From contig OZ253553.1 in the NCBI GenBank assembly GCA_965262715.1, forward strand, positions 2,240,001 to 2,304,000: DNA of 64,000 bases, in the 5' to 3' direction. The stretch's first letter is position 1. Each line of letters begins with the position of its first letter. The stretch comes from Bdellovibrionales bacterium. GTDB taxonomy: Bacteria > Bdellovibrionota > Bdellovibrionia > Bdellovibrionales > JAUICD01. Made by a program: the position numbers and the translations under genes. Below the pieces are notes generated by a model. That model made no database searches, was not told the origin of the DNA, and saw only the letters and a list, made by a program, of their open reading frames with translations. Shown in pieces: positions 45,443 through 56,139 of this stretch.

Positions 45443-45680
45443 AATAAAAATTGATTATTACAGACTTAACTTCGTTGCACAAATATGTCTAAGAGAATCA
45501 AGTCAGGCTTTATGAAATAGGTTCTAGGCAACCCCCGTGCCCTGTACTATTTTGGCTTTATGATTTCACTATAGAATAAGATGTTTTATATAAACGTTAT
45601 CTCCTGAGGCACTGGCCTAAACCTTTATTTCATAAAGCCTGACTTAATTCTTATATATGTCTATGTAATAAATTTTTATT
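45443..45680. repeat. R2 copy 2 inside long nested inverted repeats
   Basis: Perfect 20-bp arms 45500-45519 / 45626-45645; looser outer arms about 45443-45465 / 45659-45680. Confidence 0.75.
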
Positions 45681-45800
45681 TTCAATGATTGTAAAATTTA
45701 CCCATCCCCAACTTTCATAATTACTAAATCAAATTGGAGCTTTTTATAATAAGTCTCTAGTCAGTAGAGGTCAAATAGCACACTTTGGTTTCCGGTACTG

Positions 45801-45858
45801 TGTGCTCAAAAACAGCCAAAGATTTACTTCAAGAGGTTGGTTTATTTTGAGTGAGACA
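45801..45858 (+). repeat. Short R1 element
   Basis: CTCAAAAACAGCC...GGTTTATTTTGAGTGAGACA. Confidence 0.6.
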
Positions 45859-45981
45859 ATATGTAGTGTGTCTTGAACAATCTAAGATATTGAAATTATT
45901 GGATGATGCATGCGCAATTTGATTTTATGACTTTTTAGGTATAATATAATATATATAATAATTTCATAAGGTAAGGAAATA

Positions 45982-46707
45982 ATGTCTGAAAAAAAGTATG
46001 CCAATCCTCCAATTCAAGAAGCTGTGTTTAACTTACAAGTAAGAAGTGGAAGACCTTTTGATGAAAATATGTTTGATGAGTTTGTAAAAAAAAATCATTA
46101 TACTTCTATTGGTCCTACAAGGAACATAGATATTGATGTAGATACACATACTATTTCAAAACCAGAAATAACTGGTTATAAATGTATATCACAACAAGAC
46201 AATAAACAAGTTGTACAATTTAATAAACATGGATTTAGTTTTAGCCGACTAAGGGAATATAATGGGTGGAATAAAAATTATAAAGAAGCATTAAATTTAT
46301 GGCGAGAATATTGTAAAATTAGAGATGTGGAGGCCATCACTAAAGTAGCCACCCGGTTTGTCAATCAATTTCATACTCCTATATTCACAAAACCAGAGGA
46401 ATACTTTAATTCATACATTAAATATAATGATCAAATTTCACCTGCTTGGAATCAAGTTTTTTATAAGTTATTGGTATCTCATAGTTATGGTATTAAGTCG
46501 CAGATAATGTTTGATGGCAGAGTAAATCAAAGTAGTCAGAGAGTGGATATTATATTTGATATAGATGTTTTTGCTGATAACTTAGGCCTTTCATTGAAAG
46601 ATGAAGATACTGACAGTTTAGAAAATCTTTTTTGTAAGATGCGAGATATAAAAAATGATATATTTGAAAAAAGTATTACAGATCAAACAAGGAGATTGTT
46701 TCAATGA
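45982..46707 (+). CDS. TIGR04255-like protein
   Basis: YANPPIQEAV, YNGW, VATRFVNQF, IIFDIDVF, KNDIFEKSIT patterns (recognised by eye). Confidence 0.8.
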   Translation: MSEKKYANPPIQEAVFNLQVRSGRPFDENMFDEFVKKNHYTSIGPTRNIDIDVDTHTISKPEITGYKCISQQDNKQVVQFNKHGFSFSRLREYNGWNKNYKEALNLWREYCKIRDVEAITKVATRFVNQFHTPIFTKPEEYFNSYIKYNDQISPAWNQVFYKLLVSHSYGIKSQIMFDGRVNQSSQRVDIIFDIDVFADNLGLSLKDEDTDSLENLFCKMRDIKNDIFEKSITDQTRRLFQ

Positions 46708-47270
46708 ATTCTCCTAACCAATCTATTTTAAATGAGCTGCTGCTAATAAATCATTGTCCTATACATGATTATGAAAGATTAAGAGGGCCTAATTATTTTG
46801 ATTCCAAAAATTTATTTTGTTCTTCAGTTAATTTGGGATCTTCTACATTAAGCATACCCATTTCTCCTGACTGTTACAATCAAATAAATGATTTGCTAAC
46901 TGAAAGAAATTTTTTAGACTATAAAGAATCAAAACAAGATTTAAAACAGAAAGTTATGAATGTTTATTATGGTCATCAAAAGAGAAATTGGGATGGTTAT
47001 GAATCTGAACCTGTGAAACATCTCATTTCATCCTTAAAATTTGCTGAAACTGTGTCTTCAGAGGCACTCACTGAGTTAATAGATATTGTTCCTGAAAATG
47101 ACGGATGCCTTTGTTTCGAGTGGTTTAAATCAAACAACAGGTTTATTAGTGTTTCTGTTAAGGATGACAAGCTTATTTATAATTATAAAATTGGGGATGA
47201 AGAAGGTTGTGGAGAAACAACTTTTGCAGGGAAACAAATGCTTGTTGAACAGATAAAGAAAGTCATCTAG
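46704..47270 (+). CDS. Hypothetical NWDGY-motif protein
   Basis: NWDGYESEPV, PENDGCLCFEW; ATGA coupling with the upstream gene. Confidence 0.75.
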   Translation: MNSPNQSILNELLLINHCPIHDYERLRGPNYFDSKNLFCSSVNLGSSTLSIPISPDCYNQINDLLTERNFLDYKESKQDLKQKVMNVYYGHQKRNWDGYESEPVKHLISSLKFAETVSSEALTELIDIVPENDGCLCFEWFKSNNRFISVSVKDDKLIYNYKIGDEEGCGETTFAGKQMLVEQIKKVI

Positions 47271-47278
47271 TTCATATT

Positions 47279-47695
47279 ATGGATAAAGAGCTTAGCCCAT
47301 TTGTAGAAAATCACGAGCCTTTAGCAAGGTATATTTTTTCTAACAGTCATTTTAATTTTACTAAGCAAAGAGTCAAACGTCATGCTTTTATGCCGCCTCC
47401 TGAAGGCAGAGTGTCTGTGATTAGACATGAAGAATGTTTGATAGATTACATTTTAGAAATAGGCAAACAAATGGAAAAAGATAGAAGGGAAAGTTTAAAA
47501 GCAGTTGCTTCTATATTGACTCAAGATGTGCGGTCAATAAATGGTCTAGATGTTGAATCTGATACAAGTAATGAGCAACATAAAAGGCATGCCAATATAA
47601 AAAACTTTCATGGATACAGTGATGCAAAGATCAGACAGCTTGCCCAAAGCTTAGCAAATAAAGCCGAGTTGCTGCACTGCATGTCTGATAATTAA
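47279..47695 (+). CDS. Putative ADP-ribosyltransferase-fold toxin
   Basis: EPLAR, AFMPP...VSVIR, HANI pattern; fold assignment is inference. Confidence 0.55.
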   Translation: MDKELSPFVENHEPLARYIFSNSHFNFTKQRVKRHAFMPPPEGRVSVIRHEECLIDYILEIGKQMEKDRRESLKAVASILTQDVRSINGLDVESDTSNEQHKRHANIKNFHGYSDAKIRQLAQSLANKAELLHCMSDN

Positions 47696-47822
47696 TACTG
47701 GTTAGCTTTATTAAAAGAATGCAAAATTTGCTTTTAAGACTATTTCTAGTACCACATTTTGAAGGATTTTTACAAATAGTTTAATTTTCGCTAGGAAGAC
47801 ATTAAGAAGATATTTTTATGGT

Positions 47823-48416
47823 TGAAATGGTTATTTTTGTATAGGAGAAGGAATATAATTAAAATAATTAAGTGGAAATCCAAGCGTACAAATAAAATAT
47901 ATGCTATTAATATGGATTTAATAAAGAATTTTACTATTTATTACCAAAATAAAGAATCAAAAGAAGGTCTGGCTCTTTTTCTTCATTTTATGGATATCAA
48001 TCATACTCCAAAAGAGGTTTCATATAAGTTGAATGAAGGCACAATCATAGAATCTATTTATGAGTTTCTTAATAACTTAATTTTTGATTTTTTAAATAGT
48101 TCCAAAGGATATGTTTAGATTTAACTATTGAGTTAAAGAAATGGGAAACTCGCAGTAAGACAGACAAATAACTTTGAAGGCATTTCAAATAAGACCAGAG
48201 GTACTATCTATCTACTAGGTTCCAGGGAATAAAGTCTCAATTATTTCTAAATACTCTATATCTCCACTTTACCCTATCCTTTGTTTGATATAAAGTAAGT
48301 TGTTTGGTAGACTGCGGTATATTTATAACATTCTACTAAATTCAAACAAAAAGGGTTAAATCTAGAGTATAAATGAATATGAGGTTGGTGGTATGAAGCC
48401 GAAGCAGGTGGATATT
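47823..48416 (+). repeat. Diverged duplicate of the gyrA upstream region and first 8 codons (other copy 49572..50028)
   Basis: Long shared blocks such as AAATAAAATATATGCTATTAATATGGATTTAATAAAGAATTT and GTTTGATATAAAGTAA. Confidence 0.85.
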
Positions 48417-48530
48417 TGGGATGCTATAGAGGTAGATGAAACATTTAGTGTGCTGATGGGCGAGAGCGTAGAACCCAGAAGAAACTTCATAGAGGAAAAT
48501 GCAAAATATGTATTAGGATTAGATGTATAA
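48393..48530 (+). other. In-frame gyrA-start / gyrB-end fusion mini-ORF (45 aa)
   Basis: [45 protein letters not shown]; 48420-48530 matches gyrB 45301-45411. Confidence 0.85.
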
Positions 48531-48803
48531 AGTTAAATCCTATATTTTACTAAAGAAGTTAAGAATTTGGTGAGGCTGTTTCCTTAACATTTTGTAAGAA
48601 GCAATGAGTATCTCTTTACTCAAAACTGCCAGATTATACTGAAAAAAATAAGTATAGATTTTGTATTTTTTACAAGATAATGTCATTTTTACCTAGTTGT
48701 GAATAATTTAGTGTTTATAAAAGTGATCAAGCACTATAAAAATATATAAGTAAGTTCAACAAGTTGTCAGCACCATCTCCTCTTTTCTTTTTTACTTTAA
48801 TTC

Positions 48804-48819
48804 TGGTTAATATTTTGCT
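48804..48819 (+). promoter_or_regulatory. Possible sigma54 promoter
   Basis: TGGTTA-atatt-TTGCT upstream of the ankyrin gene. Confidence 0.55.
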
Positions 48820-48898
48820 TATGAGTAGGATAGTTTTGAATGAATTTTAATTATGCCCCAATCGAGGGTTAAAGATACTTTAGAAAAAGGAGTTTATT

Positions 48899-49474
48899 AT
48901 GAAATTTTTGAATTTATTGTTGAGTTTGATGTTACTCTTATCTTTGAAAGTTTCTTCAGTTAAAGCTGAAGTCATTCAAGAGCCATTTTCAAATTCTGAT
49001 AGAAAGTTACTTTGTGTAAGTGATGGAACGGTTCCTCTATTTTATATAGGTGATCCCAGCATCCCTCTTCTGCAACAGATAGTGTTTTTATTACAATATA
49101 ACTGTGAGAGGGCTGATATTTTAGCGGACTTGTTGAAACAAATAATAGAACAAGGAATAGATATAAATGATTCAATAGAACCAGATTTTCCACCCTTGTA
49201 TTATGCTACACTCAATAATGACTTAACATCAATTAGACTTTTATTAAATACAGGAGCAGATACAAATACAAGCACTGAAGGTGGTCCAGTATGGTTGCAA
49301 AATGTAGATCATCGTTCCATAGAACGCATTCATTTATTCTTAAATACAGGGCGTGTAAATGTTAACGATACGTTTCGAGATAGGCCAGCCATTTGCATAA
49401 TTAAAGCAACAAATAATAATAGGTTATTACAGAGAATGATTGATATGGGCGCAGACCCTAACGAGGAATGTTAG
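48899..49474 (+). CDS. Secreted ankyrin-repeat protein
   Basis: Signal peptide ending VKA; PPLYYATLNNDLTSIRLLLNTGADTN, MGADPN. Confidence 0.8.
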   Translation: MKFLNLLLSLMLLLSLKVSSVKAEVIQEPFSNSDRKLLCVSDGTVPLFYIGDPSIPLLQQIVFLLQYNCERADILADLLKQIIEQGIDINDSIEPDFPPLYYATLNNDLTSIRLLLNTGADTNTSTEGGPVWLQNVDHRSIERIHLFLNTGRVNVNDTFRDRPAICIIKATNNNRLLQRMIDMGADPNEEC

Positions 49475-50004
49475 TGTTTCATTGCTAATAAAAGAGCAAT
49501 TGACTTCAAATAGTTTGTATTTGATAAACCAGTCTATTTGTTATTACTTAAATCTATTACACCTGATTTGCTGAAGTGGTTATTTTTGTATAGGAGAAGG
49601 GATTTGATTAAAATAATCAAGTGGAAATCCAAGCATACAAATAAAATATATGCTATTAATATGGATTTAATAAAGAATTTTCATATAAGTTGAATGAAAA
49701 CACAATCATGGAATCTATTTATGAGTTTCTTAATAACTTAATTTTTGATTTTTTAAATGATTCTAAACAGTATGTTTTAGACTTAACTGTTACGTTAAAA
49801 AATCGGGAAATAATTAGAAAAATAGAATTCCAAGCAACCTGATACAACTAACTTCCAATTTGTAGGGTCCCAGAAGATAAAGTCTCAATTATTCCTAAAA
49901 ATCTTATAATCCACTTTACCCTGTTCATCGTTTGATATAAAGTAAATTGTTTGATAAGTTGCATTATATACAAGTGATAAATCATATTATGTGGAGTTGA
50001 TGAT

Positions 50005-52467
50005 ATGAAACCAAAGCGGGTGGATATTGAAGCAGAAATGAAGGATGCTTATCTGCAATACTCGATGAGTGTGATTGTAGGTAGAGCGTTGCCGGACGTG
50101 AGAGATGGGTTGAAGCCGGTTCATAGGCGTGTTCTTTTTGCACAGCATGAGATGAACAATGTGCACAACAAGCCTTATAAAAAGTCAGCGCGTGTTGTGG
50201 GTGATGTGATTGGTAAATATCATCCTCATGGAGATGTTGCTGTCTACGATACCATTGTAAGAATGGCTCAGTCTTTTTCTCTAAGATACCCATTGATAGA
50301 TGGACAAGGTAACTTTGGCTCTATTGATGGAGATAGTCCTGCTGCTATGAGGTACACAGAAGTACGCATGACTCAAATTGCAGAGGAATTATTAGAGGAT
50401 ATTGAGAAAGACACTGTTAGTTTTTATCCTAACTATGATGACTCATTAGAGATACCTTCTGTATTACCTTCAAAAGTCCCTAACTTATTGATTAACGGGT
50501 CTTCTGGTATTGCTGTTGGTATGGCCACCAATATTCCTCCACACAATTTATCTGAGATAATAAAAGGTTGTATTCATGTTATTGATACCCCGGACTGCAC
50601 TATTGATTCTCTAATAAAAATAATCCCTGGGCCAGACTTTCCATCTTTTGGAGAAATTTCAGGTAGAAAAGGAATGATATCTGCTTATAAGACAGGAAGG
50701 GGAGTTATTACGCTGAGGTCTGTTGCAGAGATAGAGGAGAAAAAAGGCAGAGAAGTTATTATTGTTACAGAAATTCCTTATCAAGTGAATAAAGCGCGTC
50801 TTATAGAGTCTATTGCAGAGTTAGTAAAAGATAAAAAAGTTGAAGGGATTTCTGATATTCGAGATGAATCTTCAAAGGCTGGTATGAGGATTGTTTTGGA
50901 TATCAAAAAAGGAGAAAATAGCGGTGTTATTTTAAATCGTTTGTATAAATACACTCAGATGCAGGTTCGATTTTCTATGATTATGTTGGCTTTAGATAAG
51001 GGCAGTCAGCCAAGACTTTTTAATCTTAAAGCTTTCTTAGAAGCCTTTATTGAACATAGAAAAGAGGTGATTACAAAGCGTTGTATTTTTGATCTTAAAA
51101 AAGCAGAAGCTAGAATTCATATTTTACAAGGGTTAAAGAAGGCTTTAGACAACATTGATACTGTTGTGAAAGTTATCAGAGAAAGCAGAGAGCCTGCTGT
51201 TGCTAAGTTAGCACTTATAAAGAAGTTTCAATTTAGTGCAGTACAAACACAAGCTATATTAGATATGAGACTAGCTCGGCTGACGGGGCTTGAAGGGGAG
51301 AAAATATTAAAAGAGATTCAGGAATTGGAAAACAAAATAAAATGGTTAAAGGATATCTTAGGGGATATTAAAAGGGTATATGAAATTATAAAAGAAGAGT
51401 TAATAGCTATTAAGAGTAAATATGGAGATAAGAGAAAGACAGTTATTGTTGCAGAACAAGAAGACCTTGAAGATGAAGACTTAATAGCTAAAGAAGAGGT
51501 GATTGTGACAATCACCTACACAGGTTATATCAAGAGGATTCTAAGCTCAACATATAAAACTCAACATAGAGGTGGTCGAGGTATTAAAGGGGCCATGGCT
51601 CGAGAGGAAGACTTTGTTTACAATATTTTTGCTGTTAATACTTTCACAACTCTTTTAATTTTTACAAATAAAGGAAAAATTTATTGGCTAAAAGTTTATA
51701 AGTTGCCTCAGGGATTAAGAACATCTAAAGGAAAATCTATAGCTAATATGGTAAACTTATCTTCACAAGAAAAAGTCATGGCTATATTACCTGTAGATGA
51801 GTTCAAAGAACATGATAATGTGGTATTGATCACCGAAAAAGGGATTATTAAAAAGACGCCTCTTTCTGCTTTTTCGCACCCAAGACCTTCAGGAATTATT
51901 GCTTTAAAGATTGATTTAAATGATAATCTAGTAGGAGCAAAGCTCAGCTCAGGGGCTGATGACATTTTTATAGCGACATCAAAGGGTCAGTCTATACGCT
52001 TTGATGAGAGTCAAGTCAGGGCTATGGGGCGTACAGCAAGAGGTGTTAAGGGCATGAATCTCTCTAAGAATGATAAAGTTGTAGGAATAGAAATTCTTAA
52101 CAAGTCTCATAAGGTCTCTAAAACAGAGCAGCAAATTATTATTATGGTGACTGAAAAAGGTTATGGAAAGAAAACCCTTGCTAAGGAATATAGGACTCAG
52201 AACAGAGGTGGTGTTGGAATTATCACTCAAAAAACCACAGACAAAGTGGGTCGTGTTGTAGGTACGGCAAGTGTAAAGCTTAAAGATGATGTGATGGTGA
52301 TCACGAATAAAGGTCAATTGATTAGGATGAAAACCAGTAAGATTTCTACTTATGGAAGGAACACTCAAGGAGTTCGGTTGATCAATTTAAAATCAGAGGA
52401 GACCGTTTCTAATTTTACTCTTATTGTTGAGGAAGACGAAGAAGAGGCATTAAATGATCTAGCCTAG
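50005..52467 (+). CDS. gyrA: DNA gyrase subunit A
   Basis: [23 protein letters not shown], GyrA-box QHRGGRG. Confidence 0.98.
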   Translation: MKPKRVDIEAEMKDAYLQYSMSVIVGRALPDVRDGLKPVHRRVLFAQHEMNNVHNKPYKKSARVVGDVIGKYHPHGDVAVYDTIVRMAQSFSLRYPLIDGQGNFGSIDGDSPAAMRYTEVRMTQIAEELLEDIEKDTVSFYPNYDDSLEIPSVLPSKVPNLLINGSSGIAVGMATNIPPHNLSEIIKGCIHVIDTPDCTIDSLIKIIPGPDFPSFGEISGRKGMISAYKTGRGVITLRSVAEIEEKKGREVIIVTEIPYQVNKARLIESIAELVKDKKVEGISDIRDESSKAGMRIVLDIKKGENSGVILNRLYKYTQMQVRFSMIMLALDKGSQPRLFNLKAFLEAFIEHRKEVITKRCIFDLKKAEARIHILQGLKKALDNIDTVVKVIRESREPAVAKLALIKKFQFSAVQTQAILDMRLARLTGLEGEKILKEIQELENKIKWLKDILGDIKRVYEIIKEELIAIKSKYGDKRKTVIVAEQEDLEDEDLIAKEEVIVTITYTGYIKRILSSTYKTQHRGGRGIKGAMAREEDFVYNIFAVNTFTTLLIFTNKGKIYWLKVYKLPQGLRTSKGKSIANMVNLSSQEKVMAILPVDEFKEHDNVVLITEKGIIKKTPLSAFSHPRPSGIIALKIDLNDNLVGAKLSSGADDIFIATSKGQSIRFDESQVRAMGRTARGVKGMNLSKNDKVVGIEILNKSHKVSKTEQQIIIMVTEKGYGKKTLAKEYRTQNRGGVGIITQKTTDKVGRVVGTASVKLKDDVMVITNKGQLIRMKTSKISTYGRNTQGVRLINLKSEETVSNFTLIVEEDEEEALNDLA

Positions 52468-52494
52468 AGAGGCTTGCCTTGAAAGTCTTGCTTC

Positions 52495-52600
52495 TGGCCG
52501 CCAGCCTTAAGAGCTTCACCTTCAGTAATGGCTGCCTCAAAAATCCATTTATTTTGAGCAGGGTAGATATTCTTCGGTTTTTACATCATGTTAAGGAAAA
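52495..52600 (-). repeat. Degenerate R1 copy after gyrA
   Basis: CTGCCTCAAAAATCCATTTATTTTGAG...TTTACATCATGTTAAGGAAA. Confidence 0.6.
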
Positions 52601-52941
52601 CTTCTTATTTCTCAACAGTTTTAACTGCTTTTTCTGTACTTTTAAAAGAAGAATTTTTCTCTAGTGTGTAAACATTACAAATAAATATGCATGACTACAT
52701 AACAAAAAAATGACTTTACTTAATGACTAAAAAGGGTATACATGGCTACAATTTTACATAAAGACAGTTAGTATATGAGACTTATAAGGAACTGGTCTGA
52801 GATAGCTTGCCACGAGTGGCTTGCCACAACCAGATCAAAAGCCTACTACAATGCTTATATATTGAATGTTCTAAAAAATATTTACACAGCAAGGTATATA
52901 CATAACTTAATCTTTCGAAACTTTAATAAAGGAGATGTGAA

Positions 52942-53535
52942 ATGAATTTTAAATTGATAGGGGTTAATAATTTTTATTTGAGAAGTAAAGTCTTTCTTTT
53001 AACTGTGCTTATAGGGTTTTTAAGTCAAGTTTCTGTTGCTCAAAATAATGTACAAGACACCATTGTTATAAATGGAAGAGAATTTCCATCAGTAAGAGCA
53101 TTTAATTATCATTTTTCTTTATTATCAGTCCGACTGTATGGGGGCTCGGATGGTTCTGTTACGGTTGAGGAACTATTTGGTGAAAGTTTTAAGGATAGAG
53201 CTATGGATGCTTATCAGCCTTTTATAGATGCTGAGGTAGGATTGGAGTTTCTTCATAGATATTCTTTAACACCACTGATATACGCAGTTGTGGATAGAGA
53301 TGCAGATGCTGTTAATTTTATCTTAGCTCAAGAGGGGGCTGATTCTAACTTGCCGGACAGTAATGGTTTTACACCACTGATATGGGCAGCTATAACAGGT
53401 GATGAAGGTATTGCTAGAGCTCTTGTGGATGCTGGAGCTGATGTTGAATCACAAGGATCTACAGCAATTTGGTATGCAGCTAGAAAAGGGAATCAAGAGA
53501 TTGTTAATTATTTTATAGAGGTTTTAGAGAATTAA
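52942..53535 (+). CDS. Secreted ankyrin-repeat protein
   Basis: TPLIYAV, NGFTPLIWAAITG..IARALVDAGADV; signal-like N-terminus. Confidence 0.85.
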   Translation: MNFKLIGVNNFYLRSKVFLLTVLIGFLSQVSVAQNNVQDTIVINGREFPSVRAFNYHFSLLSVRLYGGSDGSVTVEELFGESFKDRAMDAYQPFIDAEVGLEFLHRYSLTPLIYAVVDRDADAVNFILAQEGADSNLPDSNGFTPLIWAAITGDEGIARALVDAGADVESQGSTAIWYAARKGNQEIVNYFIEVLEN

Positions 53536-53602
53536 AGTATAGTCATAAGATATATCTTTGTATAGGTTGACATCAAATTACGGCGTGATATGATGTTATA
53601 GT

Positions 53603-54760
53603 ATGCAAAAGTCTATCTTGTTTCCTCGTCATTTTATAATGCCCAAATCCAGTTTTTTTTTGCTAGGTCCTAGGGGTGTTGGTAAAACCACTCTTATTCG
53701 CAGTTTGAAATTAGCGTCTCATGAAATTTCTTTGCTAGATGAAACAAGATATCAGCATTATTTAGCTCGCCCAGGATCATTTTATGAGCAACTTTATGTT
53801 TTAAAAAAGGGATCATGGGTTTTTGTAGATGAAATTCAGCGTTTACCTAATTTATTAAATGAAATTCACAGGTTGATAGAGGATAAAAAATTACGTTTTA
53901 TCCTTACTGGTTCAAGCGCAAGAAAGCTGAGGAAGGCAGGGGTGAACTTGTTAGCAGGAAGGGCTGTGTGCCGTTATCTTTATCCTTTAACGTCGATGGA
54001 AATGGGAAAGAGTTTTTCTCTGGATTTGGCATTAGAAACAGGAACAATTCCTCTTATTTGGAATGCTGAAGATAAACGTGACACATTAAAAAGTTATGTT
54101 CAAGTTTATCTTAAAGAAGAGATTCAAGCTGAGGCGATTGTTCGTAATTTACCAGGATTTGCACGATTTCTTCCTGTAGCGGCACTTTTTCACGGGCAAA
54201 CAATTAATTTATCCAATATTGCAAGAGATTGTGAAGTAGCTCGTCCGACTGTTTCAGGATTTTTCCAAATATTGGAAGACACTTTGCTTTTAAAGGTTTT
54301 AAGAGCTTATGAGGGGAAAATTCGCATACGTGAACGTAAAAAATCAAAATGTTATTTTATAGACCCTGGTTTGGTGAGAGCTATCAAAGGTCAATATGGA
54401 CCTGTAACCATAGAGGAAAAAGGCCCTTTATTTGAAGGATTGATTTTTAGTTTGCTTATGTTTCAAAAGGATACTTATGGTGATATTGAGGATATTTTTT
54501 ATTGGTCATCAGCAGAGGCTACTCAAGTTAAGGTTGACTTTCTTTTGCTCAAAGGAAAAGAAAAAATCGCTATTGAAGTTAAAGGGACAGAAAAAATTCG
54601 CTCAGAACATTTTATGGGGTTACAAGCTATTTCTTCATTAAAAGGAATAAAGAGAAGAATATTGGTTTATTGTGGAAAAAATAATCAGATCACCCGTGAT
54701 GGGATTGAAATACACACATTTAATAGTTTTGTTAAGCTACTAAAAGATAGAAAGCTTTAA
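53603..54760 (+). CDS. AAA_14 / DUF4143 family ATPase
   Basis: GPRGVGKT, VDEIQ, LTGSS, LAGR, VDFL...IAIEVK. Confidence 0.9.
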   Translation: MQKSILFPRHFIMPKSSFFLLGPRGVGKTTLIRSLKLASHEISLLDETRYQHYLARPGSFYEQLYVLKKGSWVFVDEIQRLPNLLNEIHRLIEDKKLRFILTGSSARKLRKAGVNLLAGRAVCRYLYPLTSMEMGKSFSLDLALETGTIPLIWNAEDKRDTLKSYVQVYLKEEIQAEAIVRNLPGFARFLPVAALFHGQTINLSNIARDCEVARPTVSGFFQILEDTLLLKVLRAYEGKIRIRERKKSKCYFIDPGLVRAIKGQYGPVTIEEKGPLFEGLIFSLLMFQKDTYGDIEDIFYWSSAEATQVKVDFLLLKGKEKIAIEVKGTEKIRSEHFMGLQAISSLKGIKRRILVYCGKNNQITRDGIEIHTFNSFVKLLKDRKL

Positions 54761-54829
54761 ACATGGGCTTTTCTCTCTAAGAAGAGGTGATTGTGACAAC
54801 ATCTTTACAGTGAACACTTTAAGTGGGGT

Positions 54830-54852
54830 GGTTTATTTTGAGTGAAACAGGT
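54830..54852 (+). repeat. Isolated R1 terminus
   Basis: GGTTTATTTTGAGTGAAACAGG. Confidence 0.65.
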
Positions 54853-55213
54853 ACAAGCCTCATAAAAGAAATTGATAAGCTTGGTGCTTATCTTTATAAA
54901 TTATATCAGAATACTTGAGCTTTATAATTTCTTTAAGTTTTATCTCTGACATTTGAGAACGGAGAAAATCTGTTTTCTCTAGTTATAACAATAGGTTAAG
55001 CCTCTTAAGAGTTGCCTTAACTAGTTATGAACTATTATTATAAGGGTTGGTTATTGCATAACTATTAAAGTAAGGCATATTTCTAATTTTTAACACTATA
55101 CTTATCTTAAGATTATCTCAATGTGAAACTTTTATTGTTCACTGGCTATTGAATTTAAGTATTATATATAATCTGTCGATAGAGAGAAAGATTAATTATA
55201 ATAGGAGGCTTGT

Positions 55214-55541
55214 AATGCGGGTTAATTTTTTATATTCCCATCTTAGGCTATTTATACTGATGGCTTGTTTTTTACTTTTGTTTGTCTCACAGCAAAGTTT
55301 TACTAGCGTGGTTGTTCCTATTGATGGAAAGGTAGAATCCTTTAAGAAAGGTGTTTATACTATTCGGACAAGTACAGGTTTAATACATATTAAAAAATCT
55401 AAAATAGGATATAACCTTGATCAAAAACTAAACAAAAGTATCGGAAACAAAGTTCAAGTGGATGTTCCGCCGGAGGTTATAGCTTCTTTTCAACAATTTA
55501 GAACAAGTAGACGCCCTAGTTCAGATGAGGATAATAAATAG
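55214..55541 (+). CDS. Small secreted beta-rich protein; paralog of 3..329
   Basis: RBS AGGAGG before MRVNF (start approximate); DGKVESFKKGVYTIRT...IGNKVQVDVP. Confidence 0.7.
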
Positions 55542-55573
55542 AATTTTATAAAAAATAAGAACAAGGAGTTTAA

Positions 55574-56032
55574 ATGAATTATTTTAAAGTGGCTTCAATG
55601 ATTTTGACTATTATTTTTTCTGTTCAAAATGGTTTTGCTCACGAGGGTCATCAAGATGTTTATACAGATTGTGAGCTTACAGGAAAAGTAATATTTGTAA
55701 ATGGTATTTGTACTATGCCAGCTAAAGGTTGTAGACGAAATGGTGGTAAAGTTATAGCTCCAGGGAAGGATGTAATGCTAGTGTGTGATGCAATGCCCCA
55801 GCTCTCAAGAGGACTTCCATTACGCGCAGGGTGTCCTGATATTGATGAATGTTCTAATGATATACCGCGTGATGATAAGGTAGATTATAGTGGTAGTGTA
55901 ACTTGGATAGTTACTGATAAATATAGAGAATGGAGAATTGGTAGTGTATATGAAGTGCAAGAAAACTATCAGAGACCACCGTTCAATACTAGAATTACCA
56001 CAGATGAGACAGGGGAAGGGTGGATCGATTGA
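55574..56032 (+). CDS. Secreted Cys-rich protein; single-domain paralog of 350..1057
   Basis: Signal ending GFA; YTDCE...CTMPAKGC...VCD...CPDIDECSND. Confidence 0.75.
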   Translation: MNYFKVASMILTIIFSVQNGFAHEGHQDVYTDCELTGKVIFVNGICTMPAKGCRRNGGKVIAPGKDVMLVCDAMPQLSRGLPLRAGCPDIDECSNDIPRDDKVDYSGSVTWIVTDKYREWRIGSVYEVQENYQRPPFNTRITTDETGEGWID

Positions 56033-56139
56033 AGAAAAATAAAAATGAAGCAGTTTGTCTTTTATAGCGGCAAGTGATAGGTTTGGAGGGATATAGGACA
56101 CATCATTTTATATGCCAAGAGAGCTGGTCATTAAGCTAC

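Noticed and set aside
47822..48118. 98-aa ORF as a functional gene
   Set aside because: Weak TTG start; the second copy at about 49572 has an internal deletion; treated as spacer or remnant
52479..52664. 61-aa ORF after gyrA
   Set aside because: Overlaps a degenerate R1 copy
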